Below are positions 1-12,341 of a stretch of 64,000 nucleotides of DNA, piece after piece. The position numbers and the translations under genes are program-made. The notes beneath the pieces are model-generated. The model searched no databases and was not told the origin of the DNA. It saw only the letters and a list, made by a program, of their open reading frames with translations. The DNA lies in the NCBI GenBank assembly GCA_032718475.1, contig JAUCBJ010004577.1, positions 1 to 64,000 on the forward strand, written 5' to 3'. Each line of letters opens with the position of its first letter. Positions within the stretch are counted from its first letter, which is position 1. This DNA is from Nemertoderma westbladi. Lineage: Eukaryota; Animalia; Xenacoelomorpha.

Positions 1-523
1 TCATTAGTTAGATTAGGTAACAGTTTATACTTTCGATAATTCAAGCAGTTTCCGGTACAGCAGTATCTATCCAAAATGCCGGTGTTTCTGGCTTAGACAG
101 CAATAACAACAAAGTAACAAGAAAAAACAGTAAGACTGAACACTCTCCTTATGATCGGCAGGAAAGCTACACGTCGACAGGAAAAACCGCCCTGATTGGC
201 CCAAGCCAAACAAAGAACCACGCGTCCAATGGCTGTTTCCATGTCAGCAACCAGCTGCTAGATGTCGTAATATGAATCATCACGGCTAAGCTGTGAAAGG
301 TGGTTGGTGCATTACAAGTTTTTTGTCTTACCATGTCCGCTAAAACACGTATATAGCAGAATGATTTTTATGTCCGTTAAAACACCTGTAAAGGTACCTT
401 GCGGGCGAGGGGAATATATATACAGTTAGGAAACCCTTTTTAGAGTATTCCAGCGCCTGGGGGGGAACTGGCCAGCAAAGGCAAACGTATCAGTTATCCC
501 ACAAAAGCTTTTACATCAATTAA

Positions 524-663
524 GACAATAAGTAGTGAAATGTTGTTCAGCGGTCAAAGTGTAGTTGTAGGTATTTAATTTCGCGTTCCATAATGTTGAT
601 AATAGGCTAATATTTCGAATATCGCACACTGAATCGTTCCCAACTTTTTTAAACAACTAGATA
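524..663 (+). repeat. Dispersed repeat, about 140 bp; inverted copy at 7365-7507
   Basis: GACAATAAGTAGTGAAATGTTGTTCAGC.GTCAAAGTGTAGTTGT.GGTATTTAATTTCGCGTTCCATAATGTTGATAATAGGCTAATATTTCGAATATCGCAC matches the reverse complement of 7365-7507 with few differences. Confidence 0.9.
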
Positions 664-1499
664 ATAATTTATAAATAGTCGCGTTTACAATTTTCCAATA
701 CATGCAAGTGGTTTGAAGCCTTTGGTGGTTATACAAACAAACATACATACACCCCCGTCTAACTACCCCGTCTAAAGATAGTTTCGTTAAAACGACCCCC
801 AGTCTACATGGGTTACCTTTTCTATTTCGATGCTCTCTATAATGGGGATTATAGACCATAATGTCCTAAAATAGCACGGCAACGAGACAGTAGGACCAAT
901 ACTGTAATATTTCGCAATGACATAGATCGTGCTTTGATAATGCAATGCCACAGAGTTGAATAAAAGGCCACAACAATGTCACACATTATGGTCACAAGGG
1001 CACATATGACGCCATGTATTCTAGTCTAGCGGCAACAAAGCACAGGGGATTATTTTTAAAAAACAGCTGTAAGATCATGTTGTAGGTCAATGCTATTGTG
1101 TTGTGGTCAGCAAACACGGGGAAGGCATAACAGCTGCACAAATTATTGGTCTCCCTCCTTTGATATTTTTAGAAACAAACATTTTCGCGTCTTCGAATCT
1201 ACAAAAACTATCCAGCAGATTTTTTAAATTATCAATTTTTACCAAATTATTTAAATTAATTAAAATTCGGAAGAATATTAAAAAAAGTTTTTCTGACAAA
1301 AAGAACTGGAGAAATTTTCCAAAACCTTCAAACGATAAATTATCGAATTTGGATAAAAAACAAACTGACGGAGCTGTAGTATTGTGAAAAACGGAAAAGT
1401 GTAATTCCAAGATAATTCCTTTAAAAAATATGCGTGAAGTACAATAAAATATTGAAAATATTGTTGAAGAAATAAAATATACAGAAGTGGTAAGTTGAG

Positions 1500-1525
1500 A
1501 GGGGGGGGGGGGGGGGGGGGGGGGG
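1500..1525. repeat. Poly-G run (poly-C runs also near 2855, 11118 and 16780)
   Basis: Homopolymer seen directly. Confidence 0.9.
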
Positions 1526-2549
1526 CACTAGGATAACAGGTACAACCAGATGGGGTCAGATATCTAAATTCTCAATTTAGGGAAAGGAGCAGGTTACACT
1601 GGCACGTTATTTTAACCAAAACAATAAACTTGTTCGCGCTTTTAGACCTTTAGCAGTTTAACCTGCCAATTTTAGTTGTCCTTTTGTTTATAAATCGACT
1701 TTAGCCTATATCAATTATTTAGTGTACTGAAGTTACATCCGCCGAAGCCAGTCTGTGCGCGATCATTCACCCACAGTTAAGGGAGACTGGATTCGGATGC
1801 CTTGAAAGTTATTGCGGTGCAGACCTACTGTATTATTCGATTGATCGTTACTATATAATCTCTGACAAATATATTTACTTTCGGGGAAATATTAACAGTT
1901 CCTTTAGGACGTGGCGCTTTAAGTATAAAAACAGAGTTATGACTTATACTAATCACAACTAGATGGCTACTGAGTTTCGTAAATATCGCATTCTTTAGGA
2001 GATGCTTTATTATCTGTCACACTACTGCACACGACTTCACACAACTTCACACTACTGCACACTGATCTGCCGACCGTCACTGAATTTGATCATATATAAG
2101 GAAGATCGCAACTGACACTTGTAGGGATTATGAAATAGCATTTAATTCACACACAAAAACCACTATAATGTAAGTCGCAGTTGCTACCGGTAACCTGTTC
2201 CTCACACCTTCAGTAATCAAGAAGATTGGGGGTTTTATGAGTATTCATCGGTATTATCCAAATATATCAGCAATATATATCCATATAACAACAATTAATA
2301 ACATAAGTCAATAATGCGGTGAACAATCAGTATGTGTTACGTAATGCAAAGACCGTGAATGAGTATGGATTAATGTGTTATGATAATAGATTTACGTTCT
2401 TATAATCAAAGCCATCAGATGTTTAGGCCAAAGTCTGAAACTTCCAAAACAGAAGTACAGAAGAATTCCAAGCCGGTTCTGAGGCTCAGAAAGGTAAACA
2501 AAGACCGTAATGCATTGCGCGGTTTTCCATAGGCCTCTGTCAGAAATAA

Positions 2550-2760
2550 AGTGAAAATCGCTCTGATTGGCTGACTAGGCAGAACAAAGAAAAGTTCCAC
2601 GTTTACAGGAAACCAGCTGACAGATTTCGTCATCTGAGCTCCAGTCTTTTAGAGTATTATGCGCATTGCGGCACAAATGACTTGTTATGTCCGTTAAAGC
2701 ACCTATACTGCGCATTGCGGGGAAAAATGACTCGTTATGTCCGCAAAAGCTTTTACAAAA
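2550..2760 (+). repeat. Old dispersed repeat related to about 180-515
   Basis: Shared blocks GAAAA.CGC.CTGATTGGC, TATGTCCGTTAAA.CACCT, CTTTTAGAGTATT and CAAAAGCTTTTACA. Confidence 0.5.
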
Positions 2761-3059
2761 CTAAACACAATAGAACAGGTTACAGTTTTATTTTTGAGAG
2801 TAATCAGCTGTTATTTGCGTCGAATTTCCCCTGGAGAGGGATGAATTTTTATTGCCCCCCCCCCCCCCCATCATTGCATTTCCTATATCAGTTTAAATGT
2901 TTGGTCAATCTAGGCTGTCTGTCTTTTTAATGTTTGACGGACAAACAGATACTCGGAAAGACAGCGATAACTCGAAAACTAAAAGAGATCTCGCTAAGAC
3001 GTTTTAAGATTTGTATTCCTTATTAAATTCTGCATCAGATGAAATAAAGAACAAAATAT

Positions 3060-3125
3060 CCATGAGATTCCACGATAAGATCCGTTAGGTCGCCCTTCTT
3101 GTGAACGGGGGACCAACATATTCGG
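3060..3125 (-). mobile_element. Tiny LINE RT remnant downstream of the SAR1 stop
   Basis: PVHKKGDLTD followed, after a frameshift, by YRGISW: the conserved P..KKGD....YRGISL block at the start of LINE RT domains. Confidence 0.55.
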
Positions 3126-3479
3126 CTGATATTCTTTTTCTTATGGTGCGCTCTTTGTGGGTGGATGATGGGGCGATTGGTTGACATGATGCCAAAACAA
3201 AAGAAATAGTTAAACATAAATTATTCATTCTTATGAAACCTTAACAACACAAAAGAAAAACCAAACATACTGAACAAAATGGATTAAATAACGAATATTA
3301 TTATTAACAATAGTTACCAATAGAGTTATAATGTAATCGATTAAAATTGCCAATAATATAATATTATATTATCTTTGGTTTCCTGGTGCGACGGTGCAGA
3401 AATTAATAGAAGCATTGCTCTGATTGGTGGAGAGCTGAGATGTCATAAGTCGTGGTAGAATGTTCTAGAAGGTTGGCAC

Positions 3480-3593
3480 TTAGTTAATAAACTGCGCCAG
3501 CCATCGGAAACCCTCCCCATAGCCTTGGCGCTTTAACACGCTACACATAAACACCTCTACAGGGCGTTGGGAGGAGTCCATTTTTTGCACACC
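3480..3593 (-). CDS. SAR1: SAR1 last coding exon ([28 protein letters not shown])
   Basis: ttttcag|GGT GTG CAA ... ATT AAC TAA; conserved Sar1 C-terminus. Too short to appear in the ORF track. Confidence 0.96.
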   Translation of the reverse strand, partial: GVQKMDSSQRPVEVFMCSVLKRQGYGEGFRWLAQFIN

Positions 3594-6500
3594 CTGAAAA
3601 AATGACAATTAAAAATAAATTAAACCTTTCCAGTCGTCTTTCCGGTTACTCCCACCCCACTATGTACATCTGTTACCTACCGGTTGTCAGGTTAGTCCCA
3701 CTAACCTTTCCGTTTGTTTATTCCCACTATCTTTTCCGGTTGTCCGGTTACTCCCACTAACCTTTCCGGTTGTCCGGATATTCCCACTAACCTTTCCTGT
3801 TATTCCCACTAACCTTTCCGGATGTCCGGTTACTCCCACTAACCTTTCCGGTTGTCCGGATATTCCCACTAACCTTTCCTGTTATTCCCACTAACCTTTC
3901 CGGATGTCCGGTTACTCCCACTAACCTTTCCGGTTGTCCGGATATTCCCACTATCTTTTCCGGTTGTCCGGTTACTCCCACTAACCTTTCCGGTTGTCCG
4001 GATATTCCCACTAACCTTTCCTGTTATTCCCACTAACCTTTCCGGATGTCCGGTTACTCCCACTAACCTTTCCGGTTGTCCGGATATTCCCACTAACCTT
4101 TCCGGTTGTCCGTTAATTCCAACTAACCTTTCCGGTTGTCCGGTTATTCCCACTAACCTTTCCTGTTATTCCCACTAACCTTTCCGGATGTCCGGTTACT
4201 CCCACTAACCTTTCCGGTTGTCCGGATATTCCCACTAACCTTTCCGGTTGTCAGTTAATTCCAACTAACCTTTCCGGTTGTCCGGTTATTCCCATTAACC
4301 TTTCCTGTTATTCCCACTAACCTTTCCGGTTGTCCGGTATTAGAACTAACCTTTCCGGTTGTCCGGTTATTCCCATTAACCTTTCGTGCTATTCCCACTA
4401 ACCTTTACGCTTGTCCGGTTATTCCCACTCCCCTTTCCGGTTATCCGGTTATTCCCACTAACCTTTCCGGTTGTCCGGTTATTCCCATTAACCTTTCGTG
4501 CTATTCCCACTAACCTTTCCGGTTGTCCGGATATTCCCACTAACCTTTCCTGTTATTCCCACTAACTAACATTTCCGGATGTCCGGTAATTCCCATTAAC
4601 CTTTCCAAATGTCCAGTTATTCCCATTAACCTTTCGTGCTATTCCCACTAACCTTTCCGGTTCTCCGGATATTCCCACTAACCTTTCCTGTTATTCCCAC
4701 TAACTAACATTTCCGGATGTCCGGTAATTCCCATTAACCTTTCCAAATGTCCAGTTATTCCCATTAACCTTTCGTGCTATTCCCACTAACCTTTCCGGTT
4801 GTCCGGATATTCCCACTAACCTTTCCTGTTATTCCCACTAACTAACATTTCCGGATGTCCGGTAATTCCCATTAACCTTTCGTGCTATTCCCACTAACCT
4901 TTACGGTTGTCCGGTTATTCCCACTCACCTTTCCGGTTGTCCGGTTATTCCCACTAACCTTTCCAGTTGTCCGGTAATTCCAACTAACCTTTCCGGTTGT
5001 CCGGTTATTCCCATTAACCTTTCGTGCTATTCCCACTAATCTTTCCGGTTGTCCGGATATTCCCATTAACCTTTCGTGCTATTCCCGGTTGTCCGCCTGT
5101 TATTCCCACTAACTAACATTTCCGGATGTCCGGTTATTCCCATTAACCTTTCCTGTTATTCCCACTAACCTTTCCGGTTGTCCGGTAATTAGAACTAACC
5201 TTTCCGGTTGTCCGGTTATTCCCATTAACCTTTCGTGCTATTCCCACTAACCTTTACGGTTGTCCGGTTATTCCCACTCCCCTTTCCGGTTATCCGGTTA
5301 TTCCCACTAACCTTTCCGGTTGTCCGGTTATTCCCATTAACCTTACGTGCTATTCCCACTAACCTTTCCGGTTGTCCGGATATTCCCACTAACCTTTCCT
5401 GTTATTCCCACTAACTAACATTTCCGGATGTCCGGTAATTCCCATTAACCTTTCCAAATGTCCAGTTATTCCCATTAACCTTTCGTGCTATTCCCACTAA
5501 CCTTTCCGGTTGTCCGGATATTCCCACTAACCTTTCCTGTTATTCCCACTAACTAACATTTCCGGATGTCCGGTAATTCCCATTAACCTTTCCAAATGTC
5601 CAGTTATTCCCATTAACCTTTCGTGCTATTCCCACTAACCTTTCCGGTTGTCCGGATATTCCCACTAACCTTTCCTGTTATTCCCACTAACTAACATTTC
5701 CGGATGTCCGGTAATTCCCATTAACCTTTCGTGCTATTCCCACTAACCTTTACGGTTGTCCGATTGTTCCCACTCACCTTTCCGGTTGTCCGGTTATTCC
5801 CACTAACATTTCCGGTTGTCCGGTTATTCCCACTCACCTTTCCGGTTGTCCGGTTATTCCCACTAACCTTTCCGTTTGTCCAGTTATTCCCACTACCTTT
5901 CCGGTTGTCCGGTTATTCCCACTCACCTTTCCGGTTGTCCGGTTATTCCCACTCACCTTTCCGGTTGTCCGGTTATTCCCACTAACCTTTCCGTTTGTCC
6001 GGTTATTCCCACGAACCTTTCCGGTTGTCCGGTGATTCCCACTCACCTTTCCGGTTGTCCGGTTATTCCCACTAACCTTTCCGTTTGTCCGGTTATTCCC
6101 ACTAACCTTTCCGTTTGTCCGGTTATTCCCACTCACCTTTCCGGTTGTCCGGTTATTCCCACTAACCTTTCCGTTTGTCCGGTTATTCCCACTAATCTTT
6201 CCGGTTGTCCGGTGATTCCCACTCACCTTTCCGGTTGTCCGGTTATTCCCACTAACCTTTCCGTTTGTCCGGTTATTCCCACTAACCTTTCCGTTTGTCC
6301 GGTTATTCCCACTAACATTTCCGGTTGTCCGGTTATTCCCACTCACCTTTCCGGTTGTCCGGTTATTCCCACTAACCTTTCCGTTTGTCCAGTTATTCCC
6401 ACTACCTTTCCGGTTGTCCGGTTATTCCCACTCACCTTTCCGGTTGTCCGGTTATTCCCACTCACCTTTCCGGTTGTCCGGTTATTCCCACTCACCTTTC

Positions 6501-9500
6501 CGGTTGTCCGGTTATTCCCACTAACCTTTCCGTTTGTCCGGTTATTCCCACTAACCTTTCCGGTTGTCCGGTGATTCCCGCTCGCCTTTCCGGTTGTCCG
6601 GTTATTCCCACTAACCTTTCCGTTTGTCCGGTTATTCCCACTAACCTTTCCGGTTGTCCGGTGATTCCCACTCGCTTTTCCGGTTGTCCGGTTATTCCCA
6701 CTAACCTTTACGTTTGTCCAGTTATTCCCACTACCTTTCCGGTTGTCCGGTTATTCCCACTCACCTTTCCGGTTGTCCGGTTATTCCCACTCACCTTTCC
6801 GGTTGTCCGGTTATTCCCACTAACCTTTCCGTTTGTCCGGTTATTTCCACTAACCTTTCCGGTTGTCCGGTTCTGTATGTTCAATATGTATTTTATATCA
6901 TCCTCACCGGGCGCTCCCGGCTTATCAATCTTATTCCCTAAGACTAGCACTGGTGCGTCAGAAACCTGTTCGTCGCTCAATAAAGATTCCAACTCTTGCT
7001 GTTAAACAATAAAAATTATTAAAAGAAAAGGGAAGTAAATAACTATATTAACTATCGACATATATATTTAATAGTTGTGTGTAAAGAATGATTTGTTACA
7101 CGAACGAGCTTAGTGAGTGAAAATACACATACGAGAATCCAAATACTGTCAAGCACTTACCAACAAGTATTTCGGTATCTTTATTGCATAATAACGAACC
7201 TGCCTATTAATAGGCCAGGGTAGTTCTTGTCAAGAGTTGAGCCGTTCAAAAACACGATGTGGTTATATATGTATGTATGTATATATTATATGTATAACCA
7301 TCCAATATCTCAAAAATTCAAGCAGGTACGCAAAAATTGTAAACCCGACTAGTTATCAATTAGTATCTAGTTGTTGAATAGAAAAGTTGGGAACGATTTG
7401 GTGTGCGATATTCGAAATATTAGCCTATTATCAACATTATGGAACGCGAAATTAAATACCCACAACTACACTTTGACAGCTGAACAACATTTCACTACTT
7501 ATTGTCAATTGGAGTTACGTATATTAATTATATCGTTAATTATTGTTCTATCTGTATTCAGTCAGTTAGTCTAATATCAAGCAGTACATCATTTATATAT
7601 CGTATGTATCTATATAGGGCCTATTGTCATCGTTATAATACTGTCATCAACTCAGGTTAAGCTCAATTGTAATGCGAAGGCTTAGTAGGGTTTGTATATC
7701 TGGGACGTTTACAACAGCTGTCGATTAAACTAACAAAACCAGAAAACTGAACCCAGGGTGCCAGCCGGGTACCAACGGCTGTTGGGTAGGGAACATTTCA
7801 CAAACTTTCATAGGGAGGCTTGTACATGTACATTATATTGGTTGCTCCGATGTTTTTATTAGGCTAACTGAGAATGTATCAGGTATAAATAATTAGGGAC
7901 AGGATACGATAGGAAAATGGATTTTCGTATTTCGTATCGCAGTATTTTATTCGTATCGAATTTCGTATTGTATCATATCGTATTCGTATCTGATTATTTT
8001 GAAAATATTAATGGTTTCAACAGTCAAACCAGAGATCACACCATGACCTACTATAAAGTATAATAAAAAGATTTTTTCTTAATATTGGTGTATAAATTAG
8101 CTTGAAGTTTACAGTTTTTATTATGTCAATAAAATGTGTAAGACAGTAGGAACGTTAATCTCATTGTAATTAACCGTAAAATAAAGATAAAAAGACCACT
8201 GAAATATAATATAAATAAAATAAACTTGCGAGGAGAATTCTAATCGCGCCTACAAGGCATTGATGTAATGATAGTGAGAGTTTAATAGAAATAAAACAGT
8301 TTTATTCTAGTTTGTTTGACTTCGAAATTGAAATTTTTAATTTTATTCCATATCGGTAAATCAAATTGAAAATTATTCCATAAATAACGGCAGTATGTAG
8401 GCCTAGCTAGGTACATCAGTACAGTGTGCATAAAGTATGGCATGGTAATATGGTAACGTCTACTATTGGGTCGGGTTGCATAACGTCCTTTGATTTTTTA
8501 TGGATGTTGTAGCCGGTAGACACACTATATTGATGTAGTAAGCATACCGTAGTGGACTGAAACATTGAAATAAAAAATATTTGCCTATTCTATAGATATT
8601 TATATGATTTTCTAAATGTAATTAAATAAAGTAACTAAATAAAGTACGATACGAAAAAAATACGAAACTTTTTTCGCATCGTATCGTATTTTCTCATAAT
8701 TGCATTCGTATCGTGAAAAATTGGTTAGTATCGTATCGTATCGTATCGTATCCTGTCGCTGTAAATAATTCGTGTTCTTTACTTTATTTATCTAATACAG
8801 AAAGACCCCTCCGCAGAATAAACTGCACTTTGGGGCCGTTTCCCAGGTTGCGGATAAGGATAACATTTCAAACATCGCACTAATTGTGATTGTGATTTGT
8901 TTGCCTAGGCCACTGTGTATTACATTAGATGGGGGGCAGTTTGTTTGGTTGATGCAAGTCATTCTTGGTTTACATCTTCCAATCACATCTGTTTCTTTGA
9001 GTGTCTGTGTAAGACAGGATCTTTTAAAGCCATCTTGATGGCGTTCTAGTTGTAACAATAACAATACGATCGCGTATAAAAAACAAATAAATCAAATATG
9101 TTGTTGTTGTTATTGAAAGTGTTAGACAATATAACTTCTTCCTAACTGCATTACTTTGTGCTGCAGTGGGTTTGGCTACAGCGGCCCGTTGGTGACTCAC
9201 CCTGGCTTCCGCGTAACGATCCTTATCGGTAACGTCCACTAGGAATACAACACCGTCGACAGCAGGAAAGTAATCCCTCCAGACTCTCCGCGCCTGTTCG
9301 TGGCCCCCCAAATCGAACGTTGTGAATCTCATTCCTCCCATTTGCAGTTCCTCGGAAGCTAAACAAACACATTTACATTTATGTCCAGTGTAGTTCAATT
9401 AGCTCGATTCACGATTTGTTAAACAATGTATTATAGTAATTATTAACACTTACTTGGATGTAGGGTAGGGACATGTTGGGCCAGGCGATCATCCTTTAAC

Positions 9501-10731
9501 ATATGAAGCAACGTTGTTTTCCCTGCGTTATCTAACCCGAGGAACACCAACTTCCCACTCTTTCGCATCAAACCTAAGATTCAACATAACAAACAACTGG
9601 TTGATTATTGTGCGTGTGGTTATATAATAAAAATAGGCCACCATTTTTTTATTAGCTAATAGCAAAATATATACAATTTTATAGATAGCTTTTGCTAATT
9701 TTTTATGTTCTTATTCTAGAAAATGTAATTTTTTTTCAGAAATACCGAAAATGCTTTTTAGAAAAATCAAATGAAATCTGGGACTACAGTTATAAGTCAA
9801 GTGTCAGAAATTGTGAAAAAGATTTCAGCTTCACTTTGCAATTTCCTTATATATTCCCTTATAAGTTTCTCAAGATCTACTCGGTGTATTTGTATGTTGT
9901 ATGGTATGTTTGAAAGATCTTTTAAATCACTACATTATAAATAACTGCTGACGCATTTATGTGCCGCCGAAAGCTACTGTGAAAAATAGTTAAAAAATAG
10001 AAAAGTAGACAAATTGTATACCGGTACTTTGAGTGAATTTATTTATTTAGGTATTGAATAATGGAATCTAGAACATCTTTATTTAATCGTATTGACATCT
10101 TTTTGGTTCCATTCGATAGCTGAGAAGTTCAACTCGTCTACAAATAATATGGCAATATAAAATTAAATTCAAGAATGCTTCGAAGCAGTTATTAATATAC
10201 CTTGTGTATACCTTGTTTATACTGTATGTGTATGTGTGTGTATACTTTTGATATCGAATTTAATGGTAAAAAAAGTAAGACAATAATGTAGACCACATTA
10301 GAACTCATTACAGAAAAAGGTAAATTAATCCAGAATTCTAGAATACTGAAAATGACCCAGGGGTGTTGGCGCAGTTCGGCAGGTGGTGTAGTACTAACAG
10401 TAGTATGCTCCATACACCATAGATACTGTTTCTGTGTTGGCGTTGGGTAAAGGTACACTTTTTATGTTAAGTTTGCCTCTTATTTGTTGCTTAGTAACGT
10501 CAGCTGCTGCGGGTATTGTTTAACATTATCTGAATTTTTGTAAAGTTTTTACTTTCCTTGTAAATAAATGAGACTCATATATTAGGTATTATTACTCCAC
10601 TATTCGGATTAATTTTTGTATCCCCATTTTATATTTTGACTTCGTTGTCTGAATACCGTACCACGGCGGCCAAATGATCTAAACTCACCTAAAGCTTGCA
10701 AAGTTCCGCAAAACCAATTCCATAAGAACAT
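3480..10731 (-). CDS. SAR1: SAR1 small GTPase (COPII), spliced gene: join(10731..10689, 9573..9454, 9358..9201, 6998..6855, 3593..3480), 192 aa
   Basis: Assembled translation [96 protein letters not shown]...[27 protein letters not shown]...[43 protein letters not shown]. It has G1 GLDNAGKT, G3 DLGGH, G4 NKID and the Sar1 C-terminal signature. All four introns are GT-AG with compatible phases. Confidence 0.97.
3624..6872 (-). repeat. 30-bp tandem array filling SAR1 intron 4; unit (minus) AACCGGACAACCGGAAAG|GT(T/G)AGTGGGAAT = last 18 nt of exon 4 plus first 12 nt of the intron; roughly 100 units including shortened variants
   Basis: Periodicity is directly visible. The first unit overlaps the exon (AAC CGG ACA ACC GGA AAG = NRTTGK). 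The array is homogeneous near 6850 and increasingly degenerate toward 3624. Confidence 0.97.
6855..6998 (-). CDS. SAR1: SAR1 coding exon 4 (NKID motif, ends NRTTGK)
   Basis: aacag|CAA GAG TTG ... ACC GGA AAG|gttagt. The 3' boundary is ambiguous because in-frame repeat donors follow at 6824, 6794, 6764 and 6734. Confidence 0.93.
7365..7507 (-). repeat. Dispersed repeat copy (inverse of 524-663) in SAR1 intron 3
   Basis: Reverse-complement match to 524-663. Confidence 0.9.
7894..8761. mobile_element. hAT-type MITE in SAR1 intron 3
   Basis: TIRs TAGGGACAGGATACGATA / TATCGTATCCTGTCGCTG. Perfect 8-bp TSD TAAATAAT (7886-7893, 8762-8769). Subterminal TCGTA repeats at both ends. Confidence 0.9.
9201..9358 (-). 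CDS. SAR1: SAR1 coding exon 3 ([12 protein letters not shown])
   Basis: tttag|CT TCC GAG GAA ... GCC AGG|gtgagt; lies within track ORF 9024..9398. Confidence 0.97.
9454..9573 (-). CDS. SAR1: SAR1 coding exon 2 (P-loop GLDNAGKTT)
   Basis: cttag|GT TTG ATG CGA ... CAT CCA A|gtaagt; 120 nt. Confidence 0.97.
10689..10731 (-). CDS. SAR1: SAR1 coding exon 1 ([16 protein letters not shown]-terminal amphipathic helix)
   Basis: ATG at 10731; ends TTA G|gtgagt (phase 1), matching the phase of exon 2. The MFLWxWF start is typical of Sar1. Confidence 0.9.
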
Positions 10732-12341
10732 GTCGAATGATATGGTACCGGTACCTTACACAAGTTACCAATGTTAGTGGAACCGGGGTTTCAGGTTTAT
10801 CTGTTTATATGAACAAATGTTTCAGTATTTAGACTGGTAACACGGTTTTGGTTGTGGCATCACGAGAAGACAATCGAGGCGTTATAATTTGTAGAAGTTA
10901 ATCAATCGATAAATGGTTGCAATTAATTAATAATTAATATACAACCTGCCAATTACCAATGCGCAAACGAACAAAACAGACAACACCACGGGATGCGACA
11001 ATGCGACATAAATGTTATATGTTATACCAAAGAAATACCGGTAATACTAAAACCTACTGGTATGATTGTATGACATTTGATATTAGATAATTTTTCACTC
11101 CCCATACAAAATCCCACCCCCCCCCCCCCCCCCCCCGGTTAAAATTCCCTAGTGAAATCTCATTCCAACTCCAGGGGGGTATTTTCCAAAGTGTATTTGA
11201 AGCTTAACCCCCTCCAGTAAAAACTCACCCAGATGCACTGTGCAAATCCATCCCCGGTTATATTTCCCTAGTGTATTCTCACTCCGGGTGTATCAGCACG
11301 TAAATTACGTACCGTAATAAATAGTAATGTAGAACCCTTCGAGCAGCACGTAAGTTACATGTAGTAACTGTAGACACTGTATAGCCCTTCGCGCAGAACG
11401 CGAGTTGCATGAAATAAATATACAACATTGGCCCTTCCCGCAGGGGTGCGGGTCGATTCGCCCCTCGACCTTTTCGCCCCAAGTCGATTCGATCCACATT
11501 TTAGGGGCATATGGACCTGGGGCTAATCGACTTGGACAGTTGACTGATTCGCACCACCTTCCATGTCCATTCGCCCCAGATCATATTATTGAATGTTTTA
11601 CTAATATTCTTATTAGGTACAATATTAGAAAGTGCAGAAGTCAGGAAGTACCATAGATGATTGGATGACCAGAGGTTCACCATATCAATTTGTTTGACAT
11701 CTAATTCATTATGTATGCTTCTAGGTCCCGCGGGTTCGAACCCTTGCCGAGCCACAAGAGTTGCCTATGAGAGTTGTCACTGTTGCATGTGAGTCACGTG
11801 ATTCAATAAATTGAAGCTTAAATGGAAAGTAGACAGAAAAAACATTTGGATTTGCTTGATTTAGGCCTACCTTATCAATTTGTTTCACATTATAAGATCT
11901 TGAGAAAATATTACGCGTAATCGAGGTTCAAAAGTGTTTGTAACATGAAGTACCGTGTTCAAATCCCACTCGCCGACATACTTTTTTGTAATGACATTTT
12001 TAGCACTCAATCTGGACAAAATGTCAATTATTACCTTAAATTTGCTGATTTGGTAAATATGCCTAGCCTATAAAACAATTGGATTGTATTGATTTTATAT
12101 TTTTTCCGGCCAAAAAAGTAAATATAAATATTTGTGGTGGAATTTCTTAAATTGTATTAAATGTGTTGAAAGAGCATCGACGTAGAAAGTGTTTGCAAGT
12201 AATTTGAGCAAAATCCAATCATACACTCAAAACAAAAGTTATTGCAACTTTAGTGTCTGGAAGGCGAACTCCAAAACGGAACTCAATATCCAATATTGGT
12301 TTATGTATAGTTATTAGTTAGGCTGTTAAGCGGAGGTAGAA

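Noticed and set aside
575-3217. Short ORFs at the window start (575..859, 1093..1410, 1103..1387, 2415..2633, 2682..2930)
   Set aside because: No recognisable domains or splice-consistent structure; AT-rich intergenic DNA or repeat remnants.
3687-7005. Repetitive ORFs ([30 protein letters not shown]) as collagen-like or repeat proteins
   Set aside because: They are translations of the 30-bp intronic array in various frames. Only 6855-6998 is supported as an exon.
9941-10192. Possible MITE with ATAACTGCT termini
   Set aside because: The inverted match is short and imperfect and there is no clear TSD.
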